64,000 nucleotides of DNA from Camelus ferus. Its lineage: Eukaryota. The stretch lies in contig NC_045696.1 of assembly GCF_009834535.1 (NCBI RefSeq), forward strand, positions 81,098,001 through 81,162,000. Direction: 5' to 3'. The position numbers were made by a program, and so were the translations under genes. The notes under the pieces are model-generated. The model was given only the letters and a program-made list of their open reading frames with translations, was not told where the DNA came from and ran no database searches. Below are positions 62,925-64,000 of this stretch, piece after piece. Numbering within the stretch: position 1 is the first letter of the stretch; every line of letters starts with the position of its first letter.

Positions 62925-63068
62925 TTGCTATCCAGCAGCTTGGTCACCACCACCTGGGAGATTGCTGGAAATGCAGACTCCCAGGCCTTCCCAGACATAC
63001 TGAATCAGAATCTGCTTTTTAACAAGATCCCTCAGATGATTTTCATGCACATTTAAATTTGGGAAGCC
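62925..63068. mobile_element. hAT-Charlie MITE MER5A
   Basis: cagcagc...cacctgggag...gaaatgcagactcccaggcc...cccagacatactgaatcagaatctgc...ttaacaagatccc...gatgatt...atgcacatt.aaatttgggaagc. Confidence 0.9.
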
Positions 63069-63799
63069 CGAAATTAGGCCACTGCATTGGTCCTGAAAAC
63101 TAGAGGTCATTTGATTAGGTAAAACACCTTTTCTAGATAAAGGGAAGGCATACATCCAGATCCAGGATGGGCTGGGTGCCTGCATTGGCATGTAGCCTGT
63201 GTGTGGAACTGCTCCTCTGGGAAGTGAGAAGGTGCAGGCAAGGCCTGGATGCCCACTGCTGGTTGACTTGTCACATCCACAGAGAGAAGCCACACACTTG
63301 GATCAGTGAAGGGGACACAGCAGATCTTAGCTCTGGCAATAACCAGGGTGATGGAGATGTATCGATCCTCAGTTGCAGAGTGCATACAGATTTGAGACTT
63401 TGGGCTGCTCCTCTGCCTTGGCGATTTTCCTTGCAATTTGTATACATTTAGTGATAGCCCTAAAACTCTGCCCTTTCAGATATTGTAGAACTTCCTCTGG
63501 TGCTGTTATATTTCGTATTAAAATGAAAAAAATAACAAGAGCACGAAAGTAAATGAATTCTGTTTTTCTCAAAATGAAGATACAATCAGATCACGTACTG
63601 GCAATATAAGAAGGTGATACATAATGGAGTTTTTGTGTGGGTACTTCAAATGATTAATCACAGAGTATCTAAGATGGCTTTCCTTCCAGAGTTGAGAGAT
63701 TTGTCACGTTTTACAGTGTGGGATAGAAGCTAGAATCATTCACACACACACGCACACACCCACTTCTATATCTGCTTGCGTATGCATGGTGTACATACA

Positions 63800-64000
63800 A
63801 ATACTCTTCCTATGGTTGTTGGGAATAGGAAATGAGATAATATACATAAAGCATATATGAGACCTAGTAAAGTATTCAAGACGTGGTAGTTATTATTACA
63901 GGAAGCAGCAGTGCAAGATGGTTAGGAGCATAGCCTTTGGCATTAGATCCCGTGGGTCTAGAATCTTGGGTCTAGAATCTTGGGTCTGCCACTCATTAGC
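63800..64000 (+). mobile_element. Two adjacent MIR fragments (a 3' end, then a 5' start)
   Basis: tatggttgttgggaatagg aaatgagataatatacataaagca...; then gcagtgcaagatggttaggagcatagcctttggcattaga...ctgccactcattagc. Confidence 0.75.

Overview
This is AT-rich, CpG-poor mammalian genomic DNA, not prokaryotic. It is almost entirely intronic sequence of a large + strand gene. The only coding sequence I can support is one 66-nt exon at 47982-48047 (ttttctttcag|GAC...AAG|gtaagt), encoding [22 protein letters not shown]. That is the N-terminal kinase segment with the Gly-rich loop of a GCK-IV Ste20-family kinase. The ELVELVG residues match TNIK as I recall it, whereas MAP4K4 and MINK1 have ELVEVVG. The window therefore most likely covers the 3' ~48 kb of TNIK intron 1, exon 2 and the first ~16 kb of intron 2. 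The rest is a typical eutherian repeat landscape: MIR, L2, CR1/L3, old and young L1 3' ends, MaLR/ERVL/ERV1 solo LTRs, hAT and Tigger MITEs, and microsatellites. A tRNA-Ala-derived SINE resembling the camelid vic-1 family, with no Alu, Bov-tA, PRE-1 or Can-SINE seen, suggests a camelid genome. None of the ORFs in the supplied track looks like a real gene, and the track misses the real exon. I found no support for a novel multi-gene system. The most interesting observations are small: a possible SINE 3' transduction, loss or retention of polyA signals in sense-oriented retroelements, a decoy or recursive-like acceptor, and candidate enhancers. Repeat family names come from my recall of consensus sequences, and boundaries are approximate unless TSDs or TIRs are cited.
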